From contig CAWGJO010000014.1 in NCBI GenBank assembly GCA_963822945.1, positions 1 to 64,000 of the forward strand: a stretch of 64,000 nucleotides of DNA. The letters run 5' to 3'. Shown one piece after another: positions 33,132-42,937 of this stretch. Position 1 is the stretch's first letter. Each line of letters begins with the position of its first letter. Origin of the DNA: an uncultured Gemmatimonadaceae bacterium. Its GTDB lineage: Bacteria; Gemmatimonadota; Gemmatimonadetes; Gemmatimonadales; Gemmatimonadaceae. Under the pieces are notes generated by a model. The model searched no databases. It had not been told where the DNA came from and saw only the letters and a program-made list of their open reading frames with translations. The position numbers and the translations under genes are program-made.

Positions 33132-34542
33132 CTAGGAGAAGAAGTGCCCCAACCAGGCCCTCGTGTCGTTGAACATCACGAGCGCGAACAGCAGGGCGAT
33201 GACCACGAGCCCGAAGCGGAGGATGTTCTCCCGGGTCCGGGCGCTGAACGGGCTCCCCTTGGCCGTCTCGATCACGTTGACCACGATCTGGCCGCCGTCC
33301 AGGATCGGGATCGGCAGCAGGTTCAGCACGGCCACGTTGATGCTCAGGAGGGCGATGAGGTAGAACAGCGACGCCGATCCCGTTGCGCGCGGCCTGCACC
33401 GATGCCCGGGTGATGGCGATACGGCCTGCCCAACTCCTTCACGGAGACCTTCCGGGTGATCAGGTCGTGCACAATGCCGATGACCGCGCCCCCCATGACC
33501 CACGTCGCCCTCGTTCCGTTCGCCACGGCCTGCGCGAACCCCACCGGCATACGGCGCACGTCCTGCCGCTGCGCAACCCCGATCCGCCCCAGCGTGTCCA
33601 CCACATTGGTCACCGGATCGGGTACCGGCGTCGGCCGGGGCGTCACCCGAAGGTCCATCACCTTGCCCTGCCGCCAGACCGTGAACACCAGCGTGGACCC
33701 CGCAGCGGGGCTCACCTGCGCCACGAGGTCCGCGAAGCCCGGCGTCGCCACCCCGTTGATCGCCGCGATGCTGTCTCCCTTCTGGAGCCCGGCCGCCGCG
33801 GCCGCACCGCCCGGCAGCACGGAATCCACCACCGGCGGCACCCAGTAATCCACCGCGCGGGCCACCGCCAGCGGGGTCAGTGAGTCGTTCAGCGGGACGA
33901 CGACGTCCCCGTGCTGCGTGCCGAAGGTGACGTCGGCGCGGCTCAGCGCCACCGCATTCAGGATCTCCGACCAGTCGCCGACGCTGTCGCCGTTGACCCG
34001 GAAGATCGTGTCGCCCGGCTGCAGCGCCGCGCAACGCGCCGCCGCCCGGGGGCACGTTGACGGCACCCACCACGCGCGTCGGCACGACGGTGCGTCCGAA
34101 GTGGTACGAGAGGCCGATCGGCCACCACCAGCGCCAGCAGGGCGTTCATCGTGACGCCGGCAAACAGGATGAGCAATCGGGCCGGCAGGGACTTCGACTC
34201 GAACCACCGGTGCTCGGGCACCGGACGCGGTCCGAAGGGCACCATGGCCTCCGGATCGTAGCCCGGGTCGCCCTCCTTCAGCCCGCCCTGCTCCTCGCTC
34301 CCCCCTTCGAGGAACGCCGAGGTCTCGTCGTGGCGCGAGGCCATGCGGACGTACCCGCCGAGCGGGAGTAGCGCCAGGACGTATTCCGTCTCGCCGCGCC
34401 GCTTCTTCCAGAGCGCCGGCCCGAAGCCGATGGAGAATCGCGGAGCATAGACGCCCATTGCCTTGGCGGCCACGAAATGGCCGAACTCGTGCACGAAGAT
34501 CACGAGCCCGAATACGAGAACAGGAGCGAGAAGAGCTAGCAT
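33132..34542 (-). CDS. rseP: RIP metalloprotease RseP (about 3 frameshifts)
   Basis: HEFGH, FSIGFGP, PLGGYVRM, two PDZ domains and NLLPIPILDGG. Confidence 0.92.
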
Positions 34543-35669
34543 CCGAATCGGTCTCTCACGTGGCGCCGCGCGGCGGCATCTGCCGCCTCGAGCGCCGAGC
34601 GGGTGTCCCCCGGCATCGCACCCAATGCCTCGAGCGCGCCGGTAATGCCCACCGCGATGTCGGTGAACCCGATCCGCCCTTCCAGAAATATGGCGACGGC
34701 CTGCTCGTTGGCGGCATTGAAGATGGCCGGCGCCGCCCCACCAGCGCGCCCGGCTTCCATGCCGAGCCGCAGCGCGGGGAAGGCGTCGAGCCGGACCGGC
34801 TCGAACGTGAGCGGCGAGGCACTCACCGGATCGAAGGCCGGCACACCGGCGTCCGGCGTCCGGTCCGGATGGGTCAGCGCGTAGAGGATGGGCAGTTCCA
34901 TGCTCGGCACCCCCATCTGGGCCAGCACGCTGCCGTCCACGAACTCGACCAGCGAATGCACGATGCTCTGCGGGTGGACGACGACCTCGATCCGGTCGTA
35001 CGGCAGTCCGAACAGGTAGTGCGCCTCGATCACCTCGAGCGCCTTGTTGGCCAGCGTGGCGCTGTCCACGGTGATCTTCCGCCCCATGCGCCAGGTCGGA
35101 TGCTTCAGGGCGTCGGCCAGCGTGGCCGTCTGCAGCCGTTCCCGCGACCATTCGCGGAACGGCCCGCCGGACGCCGTCAGAATGATCCGCCGCACCTCGA
35201 CGTCCGGACGCCCCGCGATGCACTGCAGCACCGCGCTGTGCTCGCTGTCCACCGGTACCACCCGTCCGCCCCCCCGGCGTTCGGCGGCGGCCACGAGATG
35301 CCCGCCCATCACGAGCGTCTCTTTATTGGCCAGCGCCACGCGCTTGCCGCGCTCCAGCGCGGCCAGCGTGGCGTCGAGCCCCACGGACCCGACCACGGCG
35401 TTGAGCACGATGTCCACATCGTCTCGCACGGCGGCCTGCGTCAGGCATTCGGGGCCCATACACCAGTCGCGTTCGGCCGCCTCCCCCGGCTGCACCAGGC
35501 CCACGAAGCCCGGTTCCCCGCCCGCGGCCTGCTGGGCCAGCAGGGCGGCGTTGGAATGCGCGGTCAGCGCCGCCAGCCGGAAGCGGTCCGGATGCCGCGC
35601 CAACACGCGCAGGGCCGTCGTTCCGATGGAGCCGGTGGATCCCAGAATGGCCACCCCGCGACGCGTCAT
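34536..35669 (-). CDS. dxr: 1-deoxy-D-xylulose-5-phosphate reductoisomerase
   Basis: LGSTGSIG, LANKE, PVDSEH, TASGGPF, HPTWRMGRKITVDSAT and NAANE. Confidence 0.97.
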   Translation of the reverse strand: MTRRGVAILGSTGSIGTTALRVLARHPDRFRLAALTAHSNAALLAQQAAGGEPGFVGLVQPGEAAERDWCMGPECLTQAAVRDDVDIVLNAVVGSVGLDATLAALERGKRVALANKETLVMGGHLVAAAERRGGGRVVPVDSEHSAVLQCIAGRPDVEVRRIILTASGGPFREWSRERLQTATLADALKHPTWRMGRKITVDSATLANKALEVIEAHYLFGLPYDRIEVVVHPQSIVHSLVEFVDGSVLAQMGVPSMELPILYALTHPDRTPDAGVPAFDPVSASPLTFEPVRLDAFPALRLGMEAGRAGGAAPAIFNAANEQAVAIFLEGRIGFTDIAVGITGALEALGAMPGDTRSALEAADAAARRHVRDRFGC

Positions 35670-36559
35670 GCGGGGGCGGGAACGAGCAGGAGACCGAGCA
35701 GGAGATAGGCGACGGGCAGCACGAAGAGCAGGCTGTCCAGCCGGTCCAGGACGCCGCCGTGTCCGGGAATCAGTTGCGAGCTGTCCTTGACGCCGGCCTC
35801 GCGTTTGAGGAGCGACTCGAAGAGGTCGCCGGCCTGGGCGGCGATGCTGATCGCCAGGCCGAACACCACGATCCCCAACGGCGTCAACCCCAGCTGCGCC
35901 ACCGGGCGCAGCGCATAGTGGACGTACAGATAGGTCGCGGCCACGCAGACCGCGACGCCCCCCACCCCGCCGGCCACGGTCTTTCCCGGGCTGATGGCCG
36001 GCATCAGCTTCCGCCGCCCGAACAGGCGGCCGAACGTGTAGGCGCCGATGTCGGTGAGCCAGGTGAGGATGACCGGCAGCCCGACCAGCGCCCCCCCGGC
36101 CGAGAGGGACAGATGCAGGCCGCCCACCGCCACCTGCCGGCCACCGAGCGCGTACTCGTGGTAGCGGAGCATGTAGGCGAAGGAGAGCGTCGCCCCGGTG
36201 TAGATCACGCCCAGGAACGTGACGCCCAGCGACGCCATGGGCTGCCCCTGCGACCCGCGCATCCAGAGCGTGAGCGTGCAGACGATGAGGACGATCACGA
36301 GCACGTCCACCGGCCGCACGACGTAGAGGCCGAGGTATCGCGCGTGCACGGCAAGGGGCGTGAGGCCGGCGAGCCCGATGCCGATGTCGTCCAGCGGCTG
36401 GTTGCCCGCGCTGCGCGCCAGGCGGAAGAACTCCCAGGCGCCCAGCGCGGAGGCCACAGCGAGGAGGGCCGCCAGGGGCGCGCCCCCGACCACGAGAATG
36501 GCCAGCACCACGGGCGCGGCGACCACGGCGAACAGCACGCGGCGCATCAATTCGCTCAT
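35666..36559 (-). CDS. cdsA: Phosphatidate cytidylyltransferase
   Basis: DIGAY, ISPGKT and GDLFESLLKREAGVKDSSQLIPGHGGVLDRLDS. Confidence 0.95.
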   Translation of the reverse strand: MSELMRRVLFAVVAAPVVLAILVVGGAPLAALLAVASALGAWEFFRLARSAGNQPLDDIGIGLAGLTPLAVHARYLGLYVVRPVDVLVIVLIVCTLTLWMRGSQGQPMASLGVTFLGVIYTGATLSFAYMLRYHEYALGGRQVAVGGLHLSLSAGGALVGLPVILTWLTDIGAYTFGRLFGRRKLMPAISPGKTVAGGVGGVAVCVAATYLYVHYALRPVAQLGLTPLGIVVFGLAISIAAQAGDLFESLLKREAGVKDSSQLIPGHGGVLDRLDSLLFVLPVAYLLLGLLLVPAPA

Positions 36560-37311
36560 CGGACCGTCACTCGACCGAACCGGCGGTCGCGATTCTGGAA
36601 GGCGAGAATGGCGTCATAGAACTGGGCGCGGCGAAAATCCGGCCAGAGCAAGGGAGACACGTAGAGTTCGGTGTACGCCAGCTGCCACAGCATGAAGTTG
36701 GAGATGCGGAGTTCGCCCGACGTCCGGATGAGCAGATCCGGATCGGGCATACCCGCCGTGTAGAGGCGCGATTCGAACGCGGCCTCGTCGACGTCCGCGG
36801 GCGCGAGGCGCCCCGCGGCGACGTCCTCGGCCAGGGACCGGGCGGCCCGCACCAACTCGGCGCGCGCCCCGTAGGAGATGAACAGGTTGAGATCGAGCCG
36901 TGTGTTGTGCGCCGTCTGGGTGGTGACCCGCGCGACGGCGGCGGCGGCCGGCGGGGTGAGGCGTTCGATTTCCCCGAAGACGCGCACGCGAACCCCGTTG
37001 GTGTTCAGCGCGTCGGCCTCGCGCTGGATGTACTCTTCCAGCAGCGACATGAGCGCCGAGACTTCGAGCTTCGGCCGCTGCCAGTTCTCCTTCGAGAAGG
37101 CGAACAGCGACAGGCACTCGATCCCCACCTCGATGGCGCCTTCGACCACGTCGCGCACCGACTGCATGCCGGCGCGGTGCCCGTACGTGCGCGGCATGAC
37201 CCGCCCGCGCGCCCACCGCCCGTTGCCGTCCATGATGATGGCCACATGCCGCGGGATCCGCCCGTGGAGGCGGATTTGACCGAGCAGGTCGGCGGGTGTT
37301 GCGTCGGGCAC
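36556..37311 (-). CDS. uppS: Undecaprenyl diphosphate synthase
   Basis: HVAIIMDGNGRWA, FSKENW, DLLIRTSGELRISNFMLWQ and RRFG. Confidence 0.96.
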   Translation of the reverse strand: MPDATPADLLGQIRLHGRIPRHVAIIMDGNGRWARGRVMPRTYGHRAGMQSVRDVVEGAIEVGIECLSLFAFSKENWQRPKLEVSALMSLLEEYIQREADALNTNGVRVRVFGEIERLTPPAAAAVARVTTQTAHNTRLDLNLFISYGARAELVRAARSLAEDVAAGRLAPADVDEAAFESRLYTAGMPDPDLLIRTSGELRISNFMLWQLAYTELYVSPLLWPDFRRAQFYDAILAFQNRDRRFGRVTVR

Positions 37312-37328
37312 AGCGCGCGATTCCCGGA

Positions 37329-37883
37329 TCAGACTTCCATGATCTCGGCTTCCTTCGCCTTGATCAACTCGTCGACGGTGTGGATGTAGTCGTCGTGGAG
37401 TTTCTGGACGTCCTTCTCGGCATGTTTGACGTCGTCTTCCGAGACGCCTTGCAGCTTCTTGAAGCCTTCGCGGGCGTGGGTGCGGGCGTGGCGGATCCCG
37501 ATCCGCCCTTCCTCGGCCAGCTTGTGCACCACCTTGACGAGTTCGCGGCGGCGCTCCTCGTTCATCTGCGGGAGCGGCACGCGGATGAAGGTGCCCTGGT
37601 TGGACGGCTCGAGGCCGAGCCCGGCGTCGCGGATGGCCTTCTCCACCACCTTGCTCTGGTTCTTGTCGAACGGCGTGACGATGAGCAGCCGCGGCTCCGG
37701 CGACGACACGGTGGCCACCTGGTTCATCGCCATCGGCGTGCCGTACATCTCCACGCGCACCGAGTCGAGCATGGTGGGGGACGCCTTGCCGGACCGGATG
37801 TTGGCGAACTCCCGCTTCGCGTTGTCGAGCGCCTTGTCCATGGCGCTCCGGCAGTCTTTCAGGATGTCCTGGATTGTGCTCAT
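37329..37883 (-). CDS. frr: Ribosome recycling factor
   Basis: IRSGKASP, PQMNEERRRELVK and KEAEIMEV. Confidence 0.97.
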   Translation of the reverse strand: MSTIQDILKDCRSAMDKALDNAKREFANIRSGKASPTMLDSVRVEMYGTPMAMNQVATVSSPEPRLLIVTPFDKNQSKVVEKAIRDAGLGLEPSNQGTFIRVPLPQMNEERRRELVKVVHKLAEEGRIGIRHARTHAREGFKKLQGVSEDDVKHAEKDVQKLHDDYIHTVDELIKAKEAEIMEV

Positions 37884-38593
37884 TGAACGAGTGTCCCCTC
37901 GCGCTCCCCGCGCACGGCACGCGCGATTGCGCCGGGTCGATGAATGTTGAGAACGATCAACGGCAAAGCGTTCTCCTTGCAGAGGGTCACTGCCGTTTGA
38001 TCCATGACCTTCAGCTCCTCGATCATCACGTCGCGGTAGCTGATCTCCTCGTACAGCTTGGCGGCCGGGTCCCGCCGCGGATCGGCCGAATACACGCCGT
38101 CCACGCTGGTCGCCTTGATGATGAGATCGGCCTTGATCTGGATGGCGCGCAATACCGCGGCCGTGTCGGTCGAAAAATACGGGTTGCCCGTACCGGCGGC
38201 AAAGATCACGCTGCGCCCCTTCTCGAAATGGCGCAGCGCGCGCCGCCGGATGTAGGGTTCGGCCAACTCCTCCATCCGGATCGCCGTCATCACGCGCGTA
38301 TCGATGTCCTTGCGTTCGAGCACGTCCTGCACGGCGAGGGCGTTGATCACCGTGCCGAGCATGCCCATGTAGTCGGCCGTGACGCGGTCGAGGCCCATCT
38401 TCGAGAGGATGGTGCCGCGCACGATGTTCCCGCCGCCGATCACCATGCCCACGGTGGCGCCCATGCGGATGACCGCCACGATCTCGTCAGCCAGGCGATC
38501 GATCGTTTCGAAGTCGAAGCCGAACCCCACCTTCCCGGCCAGCGCCTCGCCGGACAGCTTGATGAGTACGCGTGGATAGCGGAGTTCGGCCAT
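37880..38593 (-). CDS. pyrH: UMP kinase
   Basis: KLSGEAL, GGGNI, DYMGMLGT and GTGNPYFSTD. Confidence 0.97.
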   Translation of the reverse strand: MAELRYPRVLIKLSGEALAGKVGFGFDFETIDRLADEIVAVIRMGATVGMVIGGGNIVRGTILSKMGLDRVTADYMGMLGTVINALAVQDVLERKDIDTRVMTAIRMEELAEPYIRRRALRHFEKGRSVIFAAGTGNPYFSTDTAAVLRAIQIKADLIIKATSVDGVYSADPRRDPAAKLYEEISYRDVMIEELKVMDQTAVTLCKENALPLIVLNIHRPGAIARAVRGEREGTLVQ

Positions 38594-38598
38594 GACGG

Positions 38599-39198
38599 TC
38601 ACTCCTCGCCGAGCTGGAAGCGCACGAAGCGCTTCACCTGGATGTTCTCGCCGGTCTTGGCGGACACTTCCTTCACGAGATCGCCGATCGTCTTCTTGGG
38701 CTCGCGCACCCACGGCTGATCGAGCAGGGTCACTTCCTTGAAGAAGGCCTGCATCTTGCCGTCGACGATCTTCTGGACCATGGCGTCGGGCTTGCCCGCG
38801 GCGCGGGTCTGCTCCTCGGCGATGCGGCGTTCGGACTCGATCTTCTCCGCCGGAATACCGTTCTGGTCCACGGCCATCGGCGCGCTGGCGGCGACGTGCT
38901 CGGCGACGTGCTTGGCGAGCTGCTTGAAATCGTCGGTGCGCGCCACGAAGTCGGTCTCGCAGTTGAGCTCGACGAGCACGGCTACCCGGCCGTTGTGATG
39001 CACGTAGTGGCCGATGATGCCCTCGCTCGTGGTGCGGCCGGCCCGCTTCTCGGCCTTGGCGACACCGCGCTTGCGGAGGTTCTCCACCGCCTGATCGATA
39101 TTCCCGCCCGTCTCGTCGAGGGCTTTCTTGCAGTCCATCATGCCGGCGCCGGTCCGCTGGCGCAGCGTCTGGACGTCCTTTGCACTGAACGTAGCCAT
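38599..39198 (-). CDS. tsf: Elongation factor Ts (short form, 199 aa)
   Basis: LRQRTGAGMMDCKKAL and ELNCETDFVA. Confidence 0.97.
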   Translation of the reverse strand: MATFSAKDVQTLRQRTGAGMMDCKKALDETGGNIDQAVENLRKRGVAKAEKRAGRTTSEGIIGHYVHHNGRVAVLVELNCETDFVARTDDFKQLAKHVAEHVAASAPMAVDQNGIPAEKIESERRIAEEQTRAAGKPDAMVQKIVDGKMQAFFKEVTLLDQPWVREPKKTIGDLVKEVSAKTGENIQVKRFVRFQLGEE

Positions 39199-39358
39199 GA
39201 AGTTGTTGTCCGTCGTTGTCCGCGGCGTTCGCGGAGATTGAAATTGCCGTTCTACGGTCTGAGTCGTGGAAACGCCGCCAGCGCGAGCCGGCGGCGTCTG
39301 TCGAATTTACTGCGGCAGGCGCCGCGACCGGGCGGCCCCATGGGCCGCCGATCCGGAG

Positions 39359-40288
39359 CTATTCGGCAGGCGTCGCGTCGCCACCCTCGGTCGACGCCTC
39401 TGCCTCTGCGGAATCCCCTGCGGTGTCGCCACCCTCCCCGGTGGTCCGGAGTCGAGCGGCGATGGCTTCGGGCTTGGCGCGGCGGCGGCGCGGACGGCGG
39501 CGGCGCTTCCGTTCGGCCTCGCCTTCGGCCGGCTCGGCGCCGCGATCGGAGCTGTACGTGTAGCTCTCGCCTTCCTCGACTTCCTCCCGGGCCGGCGCCT
39601 CGCGGCGCGCCTCGGAGATCGTCGCCGCAATGGCGTTGGCGATCAACTCCACCGACCGGATCGCGTCGTCGTTGCCGGCGATCGGCACGGTGATGAGATC
39701 GGGATCGGCGTTGGTATCGACCACCGCGATGATCGGGATGTTCAGCTTGTTGGCCTCGGCCACCGCGATGCGCTCCTTCTTGGAGTCCACCACGAACATG
39801 AGGCCCGGCAGCCGCGACATGCCGCGGACGCCGCCGAGGTACTTGGTCAGCTTGTCGCGCTCCCGCGACATCATCAGCTGTTCCTTCTTCGTGTAGTTCT
39901 CGAACTCGCCGCCCGATTCCGATCCCGCTTCGAGCTCCTTCATGCGGCGCAGCTGCTTCTTGACCGTCTGGAAGTTGGTGAGCAGTCCGCCGAGCCACCG
40001 TTCGGTGATGTACTGGGCGCCGCAGTTCTCCGCGGCCTGCTTGACCAGACCCGCGAGCTGGGTCTTGGTGCAGACGAAGAGCACGGTCTCGCCGCGCAGG
40101 ATGACCTCACGGGCCAGCTTCTGCGCGAGCTCGAGCTGGCGCAGCGTCTGCTGGAGGTCGATGATGTGGATCCCGTTGCGCTCCGCGAAGATGAAGCGGC
40201 GCATCTTGGGATTCCAACGGCGGGTCTGGTGTCCGAAATGGACACCGGCGGCGAGCAACTGCTCGAGCGTGAGCTGCGAATCGGGCAT
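39359..40288 (-). CDS. rpsB: 30S ribosomal protein S2
   Basis: AGVHFGHQTRRWNPKM, RWLGGLLTN and DTNADP..GNDDAIRS. Confidence 0.98.
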   Translation of the reverse strand: MPDSQLTLEQLLAAGVHFGHQTRRWNPKMRRFIFAERNGIHIIDLQQTLRQLELAQKLAREVILRGETVLFVCTKTQLAGLVKQAAENCGAQYITERWLGGLLTNFQTVKKQLRRMKELEAGSESGGEFENYTKKEQLMMSRERDKLTKYLGGVRGMSRLPGLMFVVDSKKERIAVAEANKLNIPIIAVVDTNADPDLITVPIAGNDDAIRSVELIANAIAATISEARREAPAREEVEEGESYTYSSDRGAEPAEGEAERKRRRRPRRRRAKPEAIAARLRTTGEGGDTAGDSAEAEASTEGGDATPAE

Positions 40289-40319
40289 GGTGCGTGACGT
40301 CCCTCGAAATGGTTTGATC

Positions 40320-40390
40320 GTCCGCTTCCGTCAGCGCCCGCCGCGAACCGGCGTGCCGGCACCCGCGTGGGCTCGAGAAGCGTGTGAGAT
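40320..40390 (-). ncRNA. Putative rpsB (S2) autoregulatory leader RNA
   Basis: The minus strand reads CACACGCTTC..GCCCAC.GGGTGCC..GGGC..GGAAGCG: a closing CGCTTC/GAAGCG stem and an internal GGGU, like S2/t44-type leaders. Confidence 0.5.
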
Positions 40391-40422
40391 GAACTGCCCG
40401 CCAACCGTGGCCGGGATTCCCG

Positions 40423-40445
40423 CCCGGGAGCGTCGCACTCCCGGG
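40423..40445 (-). terminator. Hairpin after rpsI
   Basis: CCCGGGAG-7nt-CTCCCGGG with no U-tract. Confidence 0.35.
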
Positions 40446-40465
40446 TCGGAACCGGCGGCGTGAGG

Positions 40466-40861
40466 TTAGCGCTTGCTGAACTGGAACCGCTTGCGTGCTT
40501 TCGGACGGCCCGGCTTCTTGCGTTCCACCGCGCGGGCGTCACGCGTCAGGAGGCCGAGGTCGCGCAGCTTGCGCCGGTGCTCTTCGTCGATCTTGACGAG
40601 GGCCCGCGCCACCGCGAGACGGAGCGCGCCGGCCTGGCCGTTCTGGCCGCCGCCTTCGCACTTCGCCTTGACGTCGAAGCGGCCGAGCGTGTCGGTCGCC
40701 GTGAACGGCTGCTGAATGGCCGAGACCAGCGTCGGCCGCGGGAAGTAGTCGCCGAGCGTGCGCCCGTTGACGTCCCACTTGCCCGAGCCGGGCTTGAGGT
40801 AGACGCGGCACACCGCTTCCTTGCGGCGGCCGATCGCGTGAATCGTCGTCGTGTCGGCCAT
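40466..40861 (-). CDS. rpsI: 30S ribosomal protein S9
   Basis: GRRKEA, GGGQNGQAGA and ERKKPG..ARKRFQFSKR. Confidence 0.98.
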   Translation of the reverse strand: MADTTTIHAIGRRKEAVCRVYLKPGSGKWDVNGRTLGDYFPRPTLVSAIQQPFTATDTLGRFDVKAKCEGGGQNGQAGALRLAVARALVKIDEEHRRKLRDLGLLTRDARAVERKKPGRPKARKRFQFSKR

Positions 40862-41310
40862 TACTTCGTCTCACTCATCTTGATGGGAAGCGGCGTCGGC
40901 TGCTGCGCCGCATGCGGATGCTCGGGGCCGGCGTAGACGCGCAGTTTCCCGCGCAACACCTGGCGGCCGAGGGCGGTCTTCGGCAGCATGCCATGGACCG
41001 CCTTCTCGATCACCCGCTCCGGATGCTTGGCCAGCATCGTCGCGAACGGCGTGAACCGCTCGTGTCCCATGTAGCCGGTATGCGTGAAGTAGCGCTTCTG
41101 CTCGGCCTTGCGACCGGTCACCTTCACCTTGGCCGCGTTGATGACAATCACATTGTCACCGGTGTCCATGTGCGGCGTGAAGATGGGCTTGTGCTTGCCG
41201 CGAATCACCTTCGCGATCTCGGACGCGAGCCGGCCGAGCACCATGCCCTCCGCGTCCACGATGAACCACCGCTGCTCGATGTCGCGCGGGGTGGCGCTGA
41301 ACGTCTTCAT
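40861..41310 (-). CDS. rplM: 50S ribosomal protein L13
   Basis: [28 protein letters not shown] and HPHAAQQP. Confidence 0.98.
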   Translation of the reverse strand: MKTFSATPRDIEQRWFIVDAEGMVLGRLASEIAKVIRGKHKPIFTPHMDTGDNVIVINAAKVKVTGRKAEQKRYFTHTGYMGHERFTPFATMLAKHPERVIEKAVHGMLPKTALGRQVLRGKLRVYAGPEHPHAAQQPTPLPIKMSETK

Positions 41311-41404
41311 TGAAACCCTGACGAACGATGTGGGTGCTGCGCCTCACCGGTGCGGGTTGCAACCCGGGTCTCGGCCGCCCTGAGGGCGTTTTATACAGAC
41401 CCCT

Positions 41405-41433
41405 AAGCTACGCAAGCACTTAGCGCCTGTCAA
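41405..41433 (-). promoter_or_regulatory. rplM operon promoter
   Basis: TTGACA-17bp-TAGCTT. Confidence 0.7.
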
Positions 41434-41441
41434 CGCAGCCG

Positions 41442-42680
41442 TCACTCGCTCGGCACGTCCGACACCGACTGCTCGAACACCACCCCGCGCGCCTCCGGCC
41501 CCACCGCCGTCAGGAAGGCGATGGCGATGGCCATCACCGCCGCCACGATTGCCAGCGCCTCGCCGTAGTTGCCCCCCCGGCGTTCGGCGATTCCCGCCTG
41601 GATAGTGGCGTTGGCCGACGCCAGGAAGTTCCCCAACTGGTAGGCGAATCCGGGGAAGGTTCCCCGCACCTCGTTCGGCGACAACTCATTCAGATGCACG
41701 GGGATCACGCCCCAGGCCCCCTGCACCGCCACCTGCATGCAGAAGGCGCCGATGGCCAGCACCACCACGCCGGTCGCCATGCTCCAGAGCGGAATCATGA
41801 CCAGGCCGAATAGCGCCGCCAGGACGATGGCCGACCGGCGCCCGATCCGCTCCGAGAGGGTGCCGAAGAAGATGCCGCCCGTGATCGCGCCCACCTGCAT
41901 GATGATCGTGATCAGGCTGACCCGGGTGGGATCGAAGTGGTGCTGGCTCTGTAGGAAGGTCGGGTACAGGTCCTGCGTGCCGTGGCTGAAGAAGTTGAAC
42001 GCCGTCATCAGCAACACCACGTACAGGAACAGCTTCCAGTTGGTGCGGATCGAACGGAGGAGTCCGCCCTGCGGCTTGGCCCGGACCTTTTCCCAGACCG
42101 GCGACTCCTCGACGTTGCGCCGGATGTAGAGCACGAGCAGCGCCGGAATGACGCCCACGGCGAACATGCCGCGCCATCCGATGGTCTGGAACAGCACGCC
42201 GTACACCACCGCCGCCAGCAGATACCCGAAGGCGTAGCCCTCCTGCAGGATGCCCGAGACGAGCCCGCGCGCCTTCGGCGGAATCGATTCCATGGCCAGC
42301 GACGCGCCGATGCCCCACTCACCGCCCATCGCGAATCCGAACGCCGCCCGCAGGATCATCAGCACCAGGAGCGACGGCGCGAACGCCGACGCCAGTTCCA
42401 GCACGGAGAACAGGACGATGTCGATCATCAGAATCGGCCGGCGCCCGAACCGGTCGGCCAGCAGGCCGAACACCAGGGCCCCCAGCGGCCGCATGGCCAG
42501 CGTGAGCGTGATGGCGATGGTCACCGTCTTGACGTCGGTGCCGAACTCCTGCGCGATCGCGCGCAGCATGAACACCATCAGGAAGAAATCGAACGCGTCG
42601 AGCGTCCAGCCGAGGAAGCTGGCCACGAAGGCGCTGCGCTGCTGACGGTTCAGCTGGCCGAGTTCGGTGAACACACCCAT
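41442..42680 (-). CDS. MFS transporter, sialate:H+ symporter / Jen1-like carboxylate transporter
   Basis: GWTLDAFDFF, DRFGRR, AMGGEW, SGILQEGY, NFFSHGTQDLYPT, QGAWGVIP and YQLGN. Confidence 0.88.
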   Translation of the reverse strand: MGVFTELGQLNRQQRSAFVASFLGWTLDAFDFFLMVFMLRAIAQEFGTDVKTVTIAITLTLAMRPLGALVFGLLADRFGRRPILMIDIVLFSVLELASAFAPSLLVLMILRAAFGFAMGGEWGIGASLAMESIPPKARGLVSGILQEGYAFGYLLAAVVYGVLFQTIGWRGMFAVGVIPALLVLYIRRNVEESPVWEKVRAKPQGGLLRSIRTNWKLFLYVVLLMTAFNFFSHGTQDLYPTFLQSQHHFDPTRVSLITIIMQVGAITGGIFFGTLSERIGRRSAIVLAALFGLVMIPLWSMATGVVVLAIGAFCMQVAVQGAWGVIPVHLNELSPNEVRGTFPGFAYQLGNFLASANATIQAGIAERRGGNYGEALAIVAAVMAIAIAFLTAVGPEARGVVFEQSVSDVPSE

Positions 42681-42815
42681 CTGGAGCCTCCGTACGGGGT
42701 TGCGGTGGTTCGGACGAGCGACGCGCCACTCGCGCCGGCGCCAGCGTAGCCCGCGGGACGGTGGCCGTCAATGAGGCGCGGGCAACTCGGCACGGGAACG
42801 CATGGCGCGGACGCC

Positions 42816-42869
42816 TTTACCCGCCCGTTACGAAGCCCGACGAGCATCGTGACAGGTCCGATCTAGCCT
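42816..42869 (+). promoter_or_regulatory. PHO-box-like direct repeats and -10 box upstream of the porin-pst operon
   Basis: TTTAC (42816), GTTAC (42827) and GTGAC (42849) fall on an 11-bp register; TAGCCT at 42864. Confidence 0.55.
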
Positions 42870-42937
42870 TGGGAGCATCGGACGGACCCGCCGTTCCGAA
42901 TGCGTCACCACTCCGATTCCATCCCTTGCGAGCTCCT

